Assembly: GCA_040755855.1 (NCBI GenBank)
Contig: JBFMAD010000004.1
Coordinates: forward strand, 64,001 to 128,000
Length of the DNA: 64,000 nt
Direction of reading: 5' to 3'
Source: Planctomycetota bacterium
Lineage (GTDB): Bacteria; Planctomycetota; Brocadiia; JAADGH01
Shown here: positions 1 through 8,565 of the stretch, one piece after another
How the letters are laid out: the number at the start of each line of letters is the position of its first letter
Numbering within the stretch: the first letter of the stretch is position 1
Position numbers and translations under genes: made by a program
Notes under the pieces: generated by a model
What the model saw: the letters and a program-made list of their open reading frames with translations, nothing else
What the model was told of the DNA's origin: nothing
Database searches by the model: none

Positions 1-4
1 CTTC

Positions 5-448
5 ATGCTCTCCCGCGGGGTGATGGATGACCTGGATTTCTGGGGCGGCACGGTCCTTCTTGTCATCTTCGCGACCACTGAATCCATCCTCTTTGCTTGG
101 GTCTTCGGCATTGACAAGGCATGGGACGAAATCCACGTGGCCGCCCGCATGAGGCTGCCCGGCATCTACAAATTCATCATCAAGTATGTCACCCCGTTAT
201 TCCTGCTGACCATCATCGGCATGTGGCTCTATCAGGATTGGTGGCCGGTGATTGTTATGAAAAACGTTAAGCCGGCAGACAAGCCCTTTGTCCTTCAGTC
301 GCGCCTCATGCTCCTGGGTACTTTTCTCGCCCTGTGTGTGATGGTGCACATTGCCTGGCGGAAGCGGCGCCCCATTTCCGCGCAGCCGGACGTGCCCCCG
401 CCGGTAGCCGCGGGCGAAGCTACCGATAAAAAAGGAGATTCCCAATGA
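5..448 (+). CDS. Sodium-dependent transporter, NSS/SNF family, C-terminal part (gene starts before the window)
   Basis: Hydrophobic helices with DDLDFWGGT, E.ILFAWVFGIDKAWDEI and KFIIKYVTP, typical of NSS C-termini. Confidence 0.8.
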   Translation: MLSRGVMDDLDFWGGTVLLVIFATTESILFAWVFGIDKAWDEIHVAARMRLPGIYKFIIKYVTPLFLLTIIGMWLYQDWWPVIVMKNVKPADKPFVLQSRLMLLGTFLALCVMVHIAWRKRRPISAQPDVPPPVAAGEATDKKGDSQ

Positions 449-564
449 CGCTGGGCGGATGGTGTTTCTTGATCTTGTCCTGGGCCTTTATCATCGCCCT
501 CTTGGTCTTCTGCTTCGCCAAGCTCTTTGCCGAACAGCGCGACCAGGACCACGCCCTTGAGTGA
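445..564 (+). CDS. 39-aa single-TM protein, likely small partner subunit of the NSS transporter (MetS-like)
   Basis: Not in ORF track. AAGGAG RBS upstream, ATGA overlap with the transporter stop; MTLGGWCFLILSWAFIIALLVFCFAKLFAEQRDQDHALE. Confidence 0.7.
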   Translation: MTLGGWCFLILSWAFIIALLVFCFAKLFAEQRDQDHALE

Positions 565-680
565 GTCGGCGCTGAGTGGGCGGCGCCAGGTGGCATGGGC
601 AATGACATATTACGTTGACATAACCTGCCAAAAAACATGATCTGCACGTGGTTGTTGAGAATGGGAGGAGACAGGCTATC

Positions 681-2060
681 GTGAACGAGAGAGTCGGCAA
701 CGAGTATATCGAATTTCCAGCCGGCGCGGACGGCGCCTTCCCCGATGACAAGGTAACCCGCCGGGAAATCGTCCTCGGCCAGGACACGACGAATACGTGC
801 AACATCGCCATCGCCGACGTGGACGGCGACGGCCTGCAGGAGATCGCGACGCCCCTGACCATCGGCGAGGACGACTGCGTCCGGCTCTATCGCGGCGACG
901 GGACGCTGGTCTGGGACAACACGGATGTTCGCCTCTATCATGCCTACTACAACGACCCCTCGCGCCCCACGGGCGGCATCGGCCACATGTGGCACCGGTC
1001 CAAGCACCGCCACGTCCTGACGGAGATCGCGGACCTCGACGGCGATGGGAAGGCGGAGGTGATCGTCGGCGATGGGCCGGTTTATGTCCTCGACGGAATG
1101 ACCGGTGATGTGAAATCGCTTTTCGACCTCGGTGGACGGGTTGCCCTGTGGAACGTCGTCCATGATCCGAAGCGGGGGATGAACCTCCTCGTCGCCTGCG
1201 CGGACGATCGGGAAAACGGCCCGCGGGCGGCAGCGCTTGCCCCGGATGGCGAGGAGTTGTGGAGCCTGCCGACGCCGGGGCGGGGCTTCTGCGACTGCAT
1301 GCGCCACGGCGACCTGGACCTCGACGGCCGGCCCGAGATCGGGTTCAGCGTGGAGGAGGCGAAGGAGTTCTGGATCATCGACTGCGACGGGAACGTTCGT
1401 TGGAAGAAGAATGTGCCGAAGGAGCTCGGCGACGACCCGCACATTGACGACTTCCTCATCGCCCGCATCCTCCCCGAGGACCGCGTGGACGGCAACCAGC
1501 TCCTCCTCGTCACCGGCCCGAACCTGCTGGACAAGGACGGCCACGTGATCTGGTCGCGAGAGGACCGATTCCACCACGCGCAGAAGGTGATCGCCGCGAA
1601 CCTGCATCCCGAGCGGCCGGGCAAGGAGGTCTATACGGTGGAGTCCTTCCGCCGACACGCCATTCTCCTGACGCGCGACGGCGAGACGATCTGGGACTAC
1701 GACAACTTCACCCGCGCACGCGAGGGGTACGAGTACGAGGACCCGATCCTGGGCCGCGCCATCGGGCGACTGACCACCGCCGGCGACCTGATCAACTGGA
1801 GTGGGAACGGCAAGGTCGAGATTTGTCAGGCCGAGATGGGCGGCGTGGAGCGGCCCCGTCGCAAGAGCATACCGCCGGAGGCCGTCCGGCGGTTCATGCA
1901 CATCCTCGACCGTGATGGCAAACCGGTCTGCATCTTCCCCATCGACGACTCGCCCATGTGCGCGCGGGCGGCGCATGTGACGCCGTCGCCGACGGACGAC
2001 ATCGTCGTGGTCGGGCATGAGACATCGCGAATCTACATCTATTCCAGAAAAACCAAATGA
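681..2060 (+). CDS. FG-GAP/VCBS-repeat beta-propeller protein (distantly rhamnogalacturonan-lyase-like)
   Basis: Repeated ADVDGDGLQEI, ADLDGDGKAEV, GDLDLDGRPEI motifs; GTG start at 681 after GGAGGAG. Confidence 0.7.
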   Translation: MNERVGNEYIEFPAGADGAFPDDKVTRREIVLGQDTTNTCNIAIADVDGDGLQEIATPLTIGEDDCVRLYRGDGTLVWDNTDVRLYHAYYNDPSRPTGGIGHMWHRSKHRHVLTEIADLDGDGKAEVIVGDGPVYVLDGMTGDVKSLFDLGGRVALWNVVHDPKRGMNLLVACADDRENGPRAAALAPDGEELWSLPTPGRGFCDCMRHGDLDLDGRPEIGFSVEEAKEFWIIDCDGNVRWKKNVPKELGDDPHIDDFLIARILPEDRVDGNQLLLVTGPNLLDKDGHVIWSREDRFHHAQKVIAANLHPERPGKEVYTVESFRRHAILLTRDGETIWDYDNFTRAREGYEYEDPILGRAIGRLTTAGDLINWSGNGKVEICQAEMGGVERPRRKSIPPEAVRRFMHILDRDGKPVCIFPIDDSPMCARAAHVTPSPTDDIVVVGHETSRIYIYSRKTK

Positions 2061-3673
2061 AGAACTCCCATATCACGTTGGTCGCGGAAGGACAGACCGG
2101 CTATACCATTGTCGCGCCTCCCGATGCGCCGAGGCCGATTCGCTTCGCCGCCGAGGAACTTCAGAGGTACATCGGGGAGATGACGGGAGTCCGCCTGCCC
2201 ATCTCGTCACACGCTAACGGCAACGCGGCGGTCGTCATCCAGGAAAACGACGGATCGGACCCGGCGCTCAATACCCGCGGGGAGGATGCCTATGCCATGC
2301 GCACGGACGGCAACCGAATCCTTCTCACCGGCAATTCCCCGCGCGCGGCCCTCTATGCAGTCTATCACTTCCTCGAAAAATACCTCGGCTGCGGCTGGTG
2401 CGCGCCGGGCGACGATACCGCGCCGAAGCGCTCGACGATCCGCCTGCCGGAATTCAACGACGTCGTCGGCCCGCCGGCGTTCGCCATGCGCCAGATCATC
2501 CTCTTCCCCTATGGCGGCGAGCACCTGGTGATGAACAACCTGCTCCACACGGACTGGATGGCGAAAAACCGCCTCAACTGGGCCCACCCCGCGCCGAACG
2601 CGCCCCGCGTGTGGGAGCATAACCGGTCGCGTTTGATCTTCACGCCCGAGGCCGTGAAGCGCGGGCTGCGCATCGAGGTCGGCGGGCACGCCTTCAACAT
2701 CTGGGTCCCGAGCGATAGCTACGCGGCGGACCATCCCGAGTACTTCGCGCAGATCGAAGACGGCGCACGCGCGACCGATGGGTCGCACAAGGGCGGCCTA
2801 TGCCTCTCCAACCGGGACGTGGTGGACACCGTGGCCGAGAACATCACCCAATGGCTGGACGCCAACCCGGAGGTCAATGCGGTGGATTTGTGGCACAACG
2901 ACTCGCACACCTACTGCCTCTGTCCCCGGTGCACGCCGCCCGGCCTCTCGAAGCAGGAGTCGCAGGTCGCCTACACACGCGCCTACATCCGCTTCGTCAA
3001 CGAGGTGACGGAACGCGTGACCCGCAAGCGCCCGGACGTGCTCGTCAACCTTCTCGCCTATTTCCACACGATGGTCCTCCCCGACGACGCCGAGCCGTTG
3101 CACGACAACGTGCTCGTCGGCCTGTGCCTCTACCCCAGGCCGGGGCAGCGGACGATGCGGCCGATCGAGACGTCCGAGCAGCCTCGCGACGTGCTGTTCC
3201 GCGAGCAGCTTCTCCGATGGCCGACCTACGCCAAGAATTTTTATGTTTACGAGTATTACACCGTGGGCGAGCAATACAAGCTCTGGTCAATGGTCTCGAT
3301 GATCTGCGAGGACATGCGCTACTTCCGTCGGCTCGGCATTACGGGCATCTCGTCGGACCAGTGGGGACCGGGTTGGTATCCCTTGAACATGTATGCCTAC
3401 GCGAAGCTGTGCTGGAATCCCGACTTGACCCCCGAGGAGATCATTGAGGATTTCTGCCGGAGGCGCTACGGAGGCGCAGCGCAGGCGATGATGGACTACT
3501 GGAACCTGCTCGAAGAGGGACTGCGCGAGTCGTGGACGACCCAAGACCCGATTGACTGGCGGGACGGCCAGCGGCGCGACGCCGTCAGGAAGGCCCTGTC
3601 CCAGGCCGACAGCGAGCAAGTGGAAAGGCGCATCCGCAGCACGGCGGCGTTGCATCAGTTGACCGAGATTTAG
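2057..3673 (+). CDS. DUF4838-type putative glycoside hydrolase with GH67/GH20-like N-terminal domain
   Basis: AAEELQRYI..MTG, LYAVYHFLE..LGC.W, HPEYFA, LCLSN and LCWNP motifs; ATGA-coupled to upstream gene. Confidence 0.75.
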   Translation: MKNSHITLVAEGQTGYTIVAPPDAPRPIRFAAEELQRYIGEMTGVRLPISSHANGNAAVVIQENDGSDPALNTRGEDAYAMRTDGNRILLTGNSPRAALYAVYHFLEKYLGCGWCAPGDDTAPKRSTIRLPEFNDVVGPPAFAMRQIILFPYGGEHLVMNNLLHTDWMAKNRLNWAHPAPNAPRVWEHNRSRLIFTPEAVKRGLRIEVGGHAFNIWVPSDSYAADHPEYFAQIEDGARATDGSHKGGLCLSNRDVVDTVAENITQWLDANPEVNAVDLWHNDSHTYCLCPRCTPPGLSKQESQVAYTRAYIRFVNEVTERVTRKRPDVLVNLLAYFHTMVLPDDAEPLHDNVLVGLCLYPRPGQRTMRPIETSEQPRDVLFREQLLRWPTYAKNFYVYEYYTVGEQYKLWSMVSMICEDMRYFRRLGITGISSDQWGPGWYPLNMYAYAKLCWNPDLTPEEIIEDFCRRRYGGAAQAMMDYWNLLEEGLRESWTTQDPIDWRDGQRRDAVRKALSQADSEQVERRIRSTAALHQLTEI

Positions 3674-3871
3674 AACCTTATTCCGTAACATAATGCCAAT
3701 TTGCGTGCATGTTTCCAGAGCAAAATTCACATTGGACACATAATACCACACTTCCTGTCTTCAGGAAGTGTGGTATACGTTGAAAAGAGACTTTGCATGA
3801 GGATATAATGCCCATTGGCAAGATGGCGTCACCTTTCGCGGGAAAAGATGTGTCCAATGTGAGTTTTGCTC
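3669..3871. mobile_element. MITE-like element, copy 1: 45-bp arm plus core bounded by 24-bp inverted repeats with an internal 15-bp hairpin
   Basis: IRs 3718-3741 and 3848-3871 (23/24 match); perfect hairpin 3743-3776; second copy at 10191-10392. Confidence 0.75.
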
Positions 3872-3910
3872 CCGCCTTTGGCGGGATTGCGGGCATCGCC
3901 CGCTTTTAGG

Positions 3911-4705
3911 ATGCGGGATGGGATGCAGATCCAATTTGGCGGAGGGCATGCAAAGATAGAGCCGTGGCCGCGTTCCTGGCCCCTTTTCTGGCGGGTGGTC
4001 CTGCATGTCGCCATTGCGACAGGAGTGGGCAATTTCTTCCTCGCCATATGGGCTGTCACTGTTGCGGGCTGGCAAACGCCAGATTCCTCCGATGTGGTGC
4101 TTTTCGTCGGCGCGCCAATTGGGGCGGCTGTGCTTGCGCTCACCTACGCCTTTGTGGCGCGCTTGGATCGCCGACCGGCGGCGGCGCTAACCGTCGCCCT
4201 TTCCATTGCAGGTGCTGCCATGATTGGGCTACTCCCGGTATCAATGATGCCGTACGATTTCCTCTTCGATCGGTTGCTCACCTACTTTCACCCTGCCTGG
4301 ATTGACTTCCTCCTGTTCTCTTTTTTGTTTGCTCCACCCGTTGCATTCGCCGGATTTGGCGCGGCCGTCCTGGTCTTCAAGGCCATGATGCCAAGAACGT
4401 CCAAGCGGGGTCTCTTTCGTGCATGGCTGGTGGGCACAGTGCTCCTCCCCATAGGTGTGGCATGGTGTAACCTTATGTTCGATGCCATGGGGCCCGTGTG
4501 TCGGCCCCTGTGGATCCCATACAAAGTGTCTCTGTTCTTCATGGCGGTTTCCGTTGTCGTCCTTGTCTCCCTGACATACGCGATTATGGCTAATCTGCTC
4601 ATCGCCGCGATCGTGAAGAGCGGAGAGACGGACGATGAGGTCAGAGAGAAATTCGACCAGCAGGGAACACCATGCGACCCGGACAGAGAATGCACAGCGT
4701 CATAA
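3911..4705 (+). CDS. Hypothetical multi-pass membrane protein (start uncertain)
   Basis: About 6 hydrophobic segments; codon usage less GC-biased than neighbours. Confidence 0.55.
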   Translation: MRDGMQIQFGGGHAKIEPWPRSWPLFWRVVLHVAIATGVGNFFLAIWAVTVAGWQTPDSSDVVLFVGAPIGAAVLALTYAFVARLDRRPAAALTVALSIAGAAMIGLLPVSMMPYDFLFDRLLTYFHPAWIDFLLFSFLFAPPVAFAGFGAAVLVFKAMMPRTSKRGLFRAWLVGTVLLPIGVAWCNLMFDAMGPVCRPLWIPYKVSLFFMAVSVVVLVSLTYAIMANLLIAAIVKSGETDDEVREKFDQQGTPCDPDRECTAS

Positions 4706-4719
4706 GTAGTTGCGCATGT

Positions 4720-4803
4720 TGTCACCCTGAGCGAAGCGAAGGGTCTCGACCTCCCGAAAGGTTGAGATTCTTCGTCCCGCGAAGCGCGGGACTCAGAATG
4801 ACA
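4720..4803. repeat. REP-like palindromic element (TGTCACCCTGAGCGAAGCGAAG...CTCAGAATGACA)
   Basis: Terminal inverted arms and internal hairpin GTCCCGCGAAGCGCGGGAC. Confidence 0.7.
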
Positions 4804-4891
4804 GCCCGTTCATGCGTTGTCATTTATGACCCTGTGTAAGGCACGGTCGGCTTGCTGCCGAACGGAGCGACACAACTTCTCCAATTCTTAG

Positions 4892-4920
4892 TTGCCTTGC
4901 CACGGTCCCTTCGGTACAAT
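4892..4920 (+). promoter_or_regulatory. Putative sigma70 promoter for purD
   Basis: TTGCCT-N17-TACAAT about 70 nt upstream of the purD ATG. Confidence 0.45.
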
Positions 4921-4987
4921 GGCGCTTCCTTTCAAACCCCGCCTCCGGCGGGGCGGCCCATGAGATATTTCCGGATGGGAGGTCGAG

Positions 4988-6268
4988 ATGAAGGTATTGG
5001 TCGTTGGCAGCGGAGGGCGCGAGCACGCCCTCGTGTGGAAGATCGCGCAGTCAAAATTGGTGGACAAAATCTACTGCGCCCCGGGCAACCCCGGAATGGA
5101 GGAGCAGGCCGAGTTGGTCGAGATCGGCAGCGACGAGATTTCCAAGCTCCGCAATTTCGCAAAAGAGAATAAGGTGGAGCTGACCGTCGTCGGCCCGGAG
5201 GACCCGCTGGCCAACGGGATCGTGGATGAGTTCCAGCGCCACGGCCTGAAGGTCTTCGGCCCCACCGCCAAGGCGGCGGAGCTGGAGAGCAGCAAGGTCT
5301 TCTGCAAGCAAATCCTCCACAAGCACGCCGTGCCGACGGCCGCCTTCCGTGTGTTCGACGGCGCCGGCCGGGCCAAGGAGTACATCAAATCCATCGGCGC
5401 GCCGATCGTCGTCAAGGCCGACGGCCTGGCCAAGGGCAAGGGCGTCATCGTCTGCGCCACGGAAGACGAGGCGTGCGACGCCGTGGACCTCATCATAAAG
5501 AAGAAGGAGTTCGGCGACGCGGGGAAGCGGGTGATCGTCGAGCAGTGCCTCGTCGGCGAGGAGGCGTCGGTCCTGGCCTTCACCGACGGCAAGGCGATCA
5601 TGCCCATGGAATCGGCCCAGGACCACAAGCCGATCTTCGACGGCGACAAGGGCCCAAACACCGGCGGGATGGGGGCCTACTCCCCCGCGCCGGTGGTGAC
5701 GGACAAAATCTCACGCATGGTCGAGGAAAAGATTCTCGTCCCGACGGTCCATGCCATGAACCGCGAGGAACGGACGTACGTGGGTGTGCTCTACGCCGGG
5801 ATCATGATTGACAAGGACGGCCCGAAGGTGCTGGAGTTCAACTGCCGATTCGGCGACCCGGAGACGCAGCCGATCCTGATGCGGATGAAGAGCGACCTCG
5901 TGCCGATCCTCCTCGCCACGGCGGAGGGACGGCTGGAGGAGGCGGAGCTGGACTGGCATCCCCAGGCGGCGGTCTGCGTGGTGATGGCGTCCGGCGGCTA
6001 TCCGGGCAAGTATGAGAAGGGCAAGGAGATCACCGGCCTCGCCGAGGCGAACGCGATGGAGAACGTCGTCGTCTTCCACGCGGGCACGGCGCGGAAGGAC
6101 AAGAAGATTGTCACGAACGGAGGCCGCGTCCTCGGCGTCACGGCCCTGGGCGACGACATCGCCGCGGCCCAGGCCCGAGCCTACGAGGCGGTGAAGAATA
6201 TCCACTTCGATGGCGCGCAGTACCGAACGGACATCGGGGCGAAGGCGCTGGGCCGGGGGACCGCGTAG
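4988..6268 (+). CDS. purD: Phosphoribosylamine--glycine ligase
   Basis: MKVLVVGSGGREHAL, VVKADGLAKGKGV, GPNTGGMGAY, EFNCRFGDPETQ, TNGGRVL. Confidence 0.98.
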   Translation: MKVLVVGSGGREHALVWKIAQSKLVDKIYCAPGNPGMEEQAELVEIGSDEISKLRNFAKENKVELTVVGPEDPLANGIVDEFQRHGLKVFGPTAKAAELESSKVFCKQILHKHAVPTAAFRVFDGAGRAKEYIKSIGAPIVVKADGLAKGKGVIVCATEDEACDAVDLIIKKKEFGDAGKRVIVEQCLVGEEASVLAFTDGKAIMPMESAQDHKPIFDGDKGPNTGGMGAYSPAPVVTDKISRMVEEKILVPTVHAMNREERTYVGVLYAGIMIDKDGPKVLEFNCRFGDPETQPILMRMKSDLVPILLATAEGRLEEAELDWHPQAAVCVVMASGGYPGKYEKGKEITGLAEANAMENVVVFHAGTARKDKKIVTNGGRVLGVTALGDDIAAAQARAYEAVKNIHFDGAQYRTDIGAKALGRGTA

Positions 6269-6280
6269 GCGGGCAGCGGG

Positions 6281-7039
6281 ATGGGCAGGCCAAGACGATT
6301 CCATGCCTACTGCGTCGGCACGTCGAAGTCCGGGACGACCTCGCTGGCAAAGATGCTGGCGAAGGCGTGCCGCTCCGACCACGAGCCGACGGCGGTGGAG
6401 CTGATCTGGCAGATACTCGGCGCCGCCGACGGTTCGATCGGCAGGGAGCAGATCGAGCAGTACATCGTCGAACGCGACAGGCGGCTGAACCTGGAATTCG
6501 AGTCGTCTCAGCTCCTGCTCTACGTCCTCGACATCCTCGTCGGGCAATTCCCGAATGCGAAATTCATCCTGACGATCCGCGACTGCTATTCCTGGCTCCG
6601 GTCGGTGACGAACCACGAGCTGACCCGGCCGATCAACGAGGCATGGCGGAAGATGGCGGACGTGCGATTTCGCAAAAGCGAATTTGCATATTCCGAAAAG
6701 GAACGCATCCTCGTCGAGCGCGGGCTTTACACCCTCGACGGGTATTTATCCTACTGGGCCGAGCACAACGAGACGGTCCTGCGCGTCGTCCCGCGCCCGC
6801 GGCTGCTCATCGTGAAGACGGAGGAGATTGACGGCAGCATCGCCCGCATCGCCGACTTCCTCGGCATCCCGCCCGAGGCCGTTGACCTCTCCGCCTCCCG
6901 ATCAAATGTAGCCGAGAGCAAATCCAACGTCCTTGCCGAACTCGATCCGTCCCTCATCGAGGAGAAGGTGCAGAAGTATTGCCGGGGGGTGATGGGGAAG
7001 TTCTTTCCAGAGGTTCGCGATAGAGGCAGATATAAGTAA
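6281..7039 (+). CDS. Sulfotransferase-family P-loop protein
   Basis: VGTSKSGTTSL 5'-PSB loop, FPNAKFILTIRD...WLRS 3'-PB motif, RIADFLGI. Confidence 0.85.
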   Translation: MGRPRRFHAYCVGTSKSGTTSLAKMLAKACRSDHEPTAVELIWQILGAADGSIGREQIEQYIVERDRRLNLEFESSQLLLYVLDILVGQFPNAKFILTIRDCYSWLRSVTNHELTRPINEAWRKMADVRFRKSEFAYSEKERILVERGLYTLDGYLSYWAEHNETVLRVVPRPRLLIVKTEEIDGSIARIADFLGIPPEAVDLSASRSNVAESKSNVLAELDPSLIEEKVQKYCRGVMGKFFPEVRDRGRYK

Positions 7040-7050
7040 GGGCAAACAAC

Positions 7051-7314
7051 ATGAGCGCGAAAAATTCAAAAAAGAAATCGAGGACCGACTGGGACCGCCT
7101 GCGCAAGATGCGGGACGAGAACATTGACCTCTCAGATATTCCTGCACTGGACAAAAAATTGTTCAGAAAAGCAAAACTCCGAGCGCCCTCAAAAGAGACC
7201 GCGTCCCCGTCATCCCGCCGGTTGTCGCTTAAACGTTTGCTTGCGAAGGTGACCAATGACAACATTCACAAAGAAGTTAAGACCGGTCGCCGCCAGGGAA
7301 GAGAAAACTGGTGA
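7051..7314 (+). CDS. Small antitoxin-like protein (BrnA-like N-terminus, MazE-like C-terminus)
   Basis: SRTDWDRL..MRDENIDLSDIP and LLAKVTNDNIHKEV.TG...GRENW. Confidence 0.55.
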   Translation: MSAKNSKKKSRTDWDRLRKMRDENIDLSDIPALDKKLFRKAKLRAPSKETASPSSRRLSLKRLLAKVTNDNIHKEVKTGRRQGRENW

Positions 7315-7376
7315 ATGAAGGGGCAGACGAGCACAATAAGTGCGATTTGGATGATTTCTGAGGCAGTCGTAATCAT

Positions 7377-8564
7377 ATGTTTAATTATGCCTTCCGAGAA
7401 ATGACCGACGCCGATGTGCCGGAGATGACCCGCGTCCGCAACAGCGTGTTCAAGGCGCATCCGCTCAAGCCCGAGGACTGGAACGAGGATGAGACGTGCG
7501 CCCTGGCCTTCGAGGACGACCGCATGGTCGGGGCCATCCCGCTCGACATGCGCGAGTTCCTCATCGCCCCGGGCGTCCCGATCCGCACGGCCTTCGAAAA
7601 CTCCGTCGGCGTCCTCGACGGCATGAGGGGCAAGGGCCTCGGGACGGGGATGATCGAGTGCGCCGCCGAGTTCCTCAAGCCCGACTGCCACGCCTTGTTT
7701 GTCTATCGCGGCGGCGAGACGAGCGCGGCCTATCACTTCTACAAGAAAACGGGGCACGTTGATCTCCACTTCACGCGCAACTTCGTCTTGTCCAGCCCCC
7801 CATCGCTGGCCGAGGGCCGGATCGTTCTGGAAGAGATGAGCAAGTGCCTCGACCACGAGGACCAACTTCTCAAACTATTTAACGCGAGCTATCCCGGCAT
7901 GGCGGGATTTTGGAAACGCGAAATTGGCTTCTGGCCGCTCGCCCTCGACTGCCACATCTTTCAGGAGATGGCCTACGACGAGCTCCTCTTCGCCACGCTC
8001 CGCAGCGGCAAGGACATCGCGGCCTACGCGCTCCTCGCCTGCTATGAGGAAAAGGCGCAGGTCATCATCCTTGAGATGGCCGTGGCCGATGGGGATATTC
8101 GCATTTGGGAAGATCTGCTCCGGGAGATCGCAACCGTCGCCAAACGTCGCGGCGCGACGGTCCTGCTGCCGAGTTCGGACACGATCCCCTGCCTGCCGGT
8201 CGCGCTGAGGCTCGGCTTCAAGCCCGGCCCGCGCGGGCTGATCATCCTCGCGCGGATTCTCCGGCACAAGGACATCTTCGACCGCATCTGGCAGGGCGGC
8301 AAGTCGCTCGCCGACCTAAAGCTGACGATCTGGACGCCGGAGTTTCAATTCGTCGCACTGGATGGCACACCCGGCGGCCCGGACGTGACGCTGGAGATGA
8401 AGAACGAGACGATGACGCAACTGCTCCTCGCGCGGGTGGATGTCAAGGCAGCCTTGGCCGACGAACGCATCACGGCCTACGGCGCCGACGCCGCGCTGCT
8501 GGCGCAGATCGGCCAGGGCTTCCCGTTCTGCAAGTGGATCTATCATCATTTGGATAACATCTGA
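7377..8564 (+). CDS. GNAT acetyltransferase, Eis-like multi-domain
   Basis: VGVLDGMRGKGLGTGM acetyl-CoA motif, AYHFYKKTG. Confidence 0.8.
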   Translation: MFNYAFREMTDADVPEMTRVRNSVFKAHPLKPEDWNEDETCALAFEDDRMVGAIPLDMREFLIAPGVPIRTAFENSVGVLDGMRGKGLGTGMIECAAEFLKPDCHALFVYRGGETSAAYHFYKKTGHVDLHFTRNFVLSSPPSLAEGRIVLEEMSKCLDHEDQLLKLFNASYPGMAGFWKREIGFWPLALDCHIFQEMAYDELLFATLRSGKDIAAYALLACYEEKAQVIILEMAVADGDIRIWEDLLREIATVAKRRGATVLLPSSDTIPCLPVALRLGFKPGPRGLIILARILRHKDIFDRIWQGGKSLADLKLTIWTPEFQFVALDGTPGGPDVTLEMKNETMTQLLLARVDVKAALADERITAYGADAALLAQIGQGFPFCKWIYHHLDNI

Positions 8565-8565
8565 C

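Noticed and set aside
420..2018. Long antisense and alternative-frame ORFs (e.g. 420-2018, 19104-21560, 30959-32485, 43405-45054, 50409-52247)
   Set aside because: Shadow ORFs of real high-GC genes on the opposite strand; no motifs and abnormal composition
3678..3896. Short similar ORFs at 3678-3896 and 10127-10360
   Set aside because: Translations of the repeated non-coding element; no RBS and no transposase motifs
4921..4987. Purine-related riboswitch ahead of purD
   Set aside because: Only one GC hairpin in a ~65-nt leader; no recognisable purine, ZTP or PRPP aptamer core
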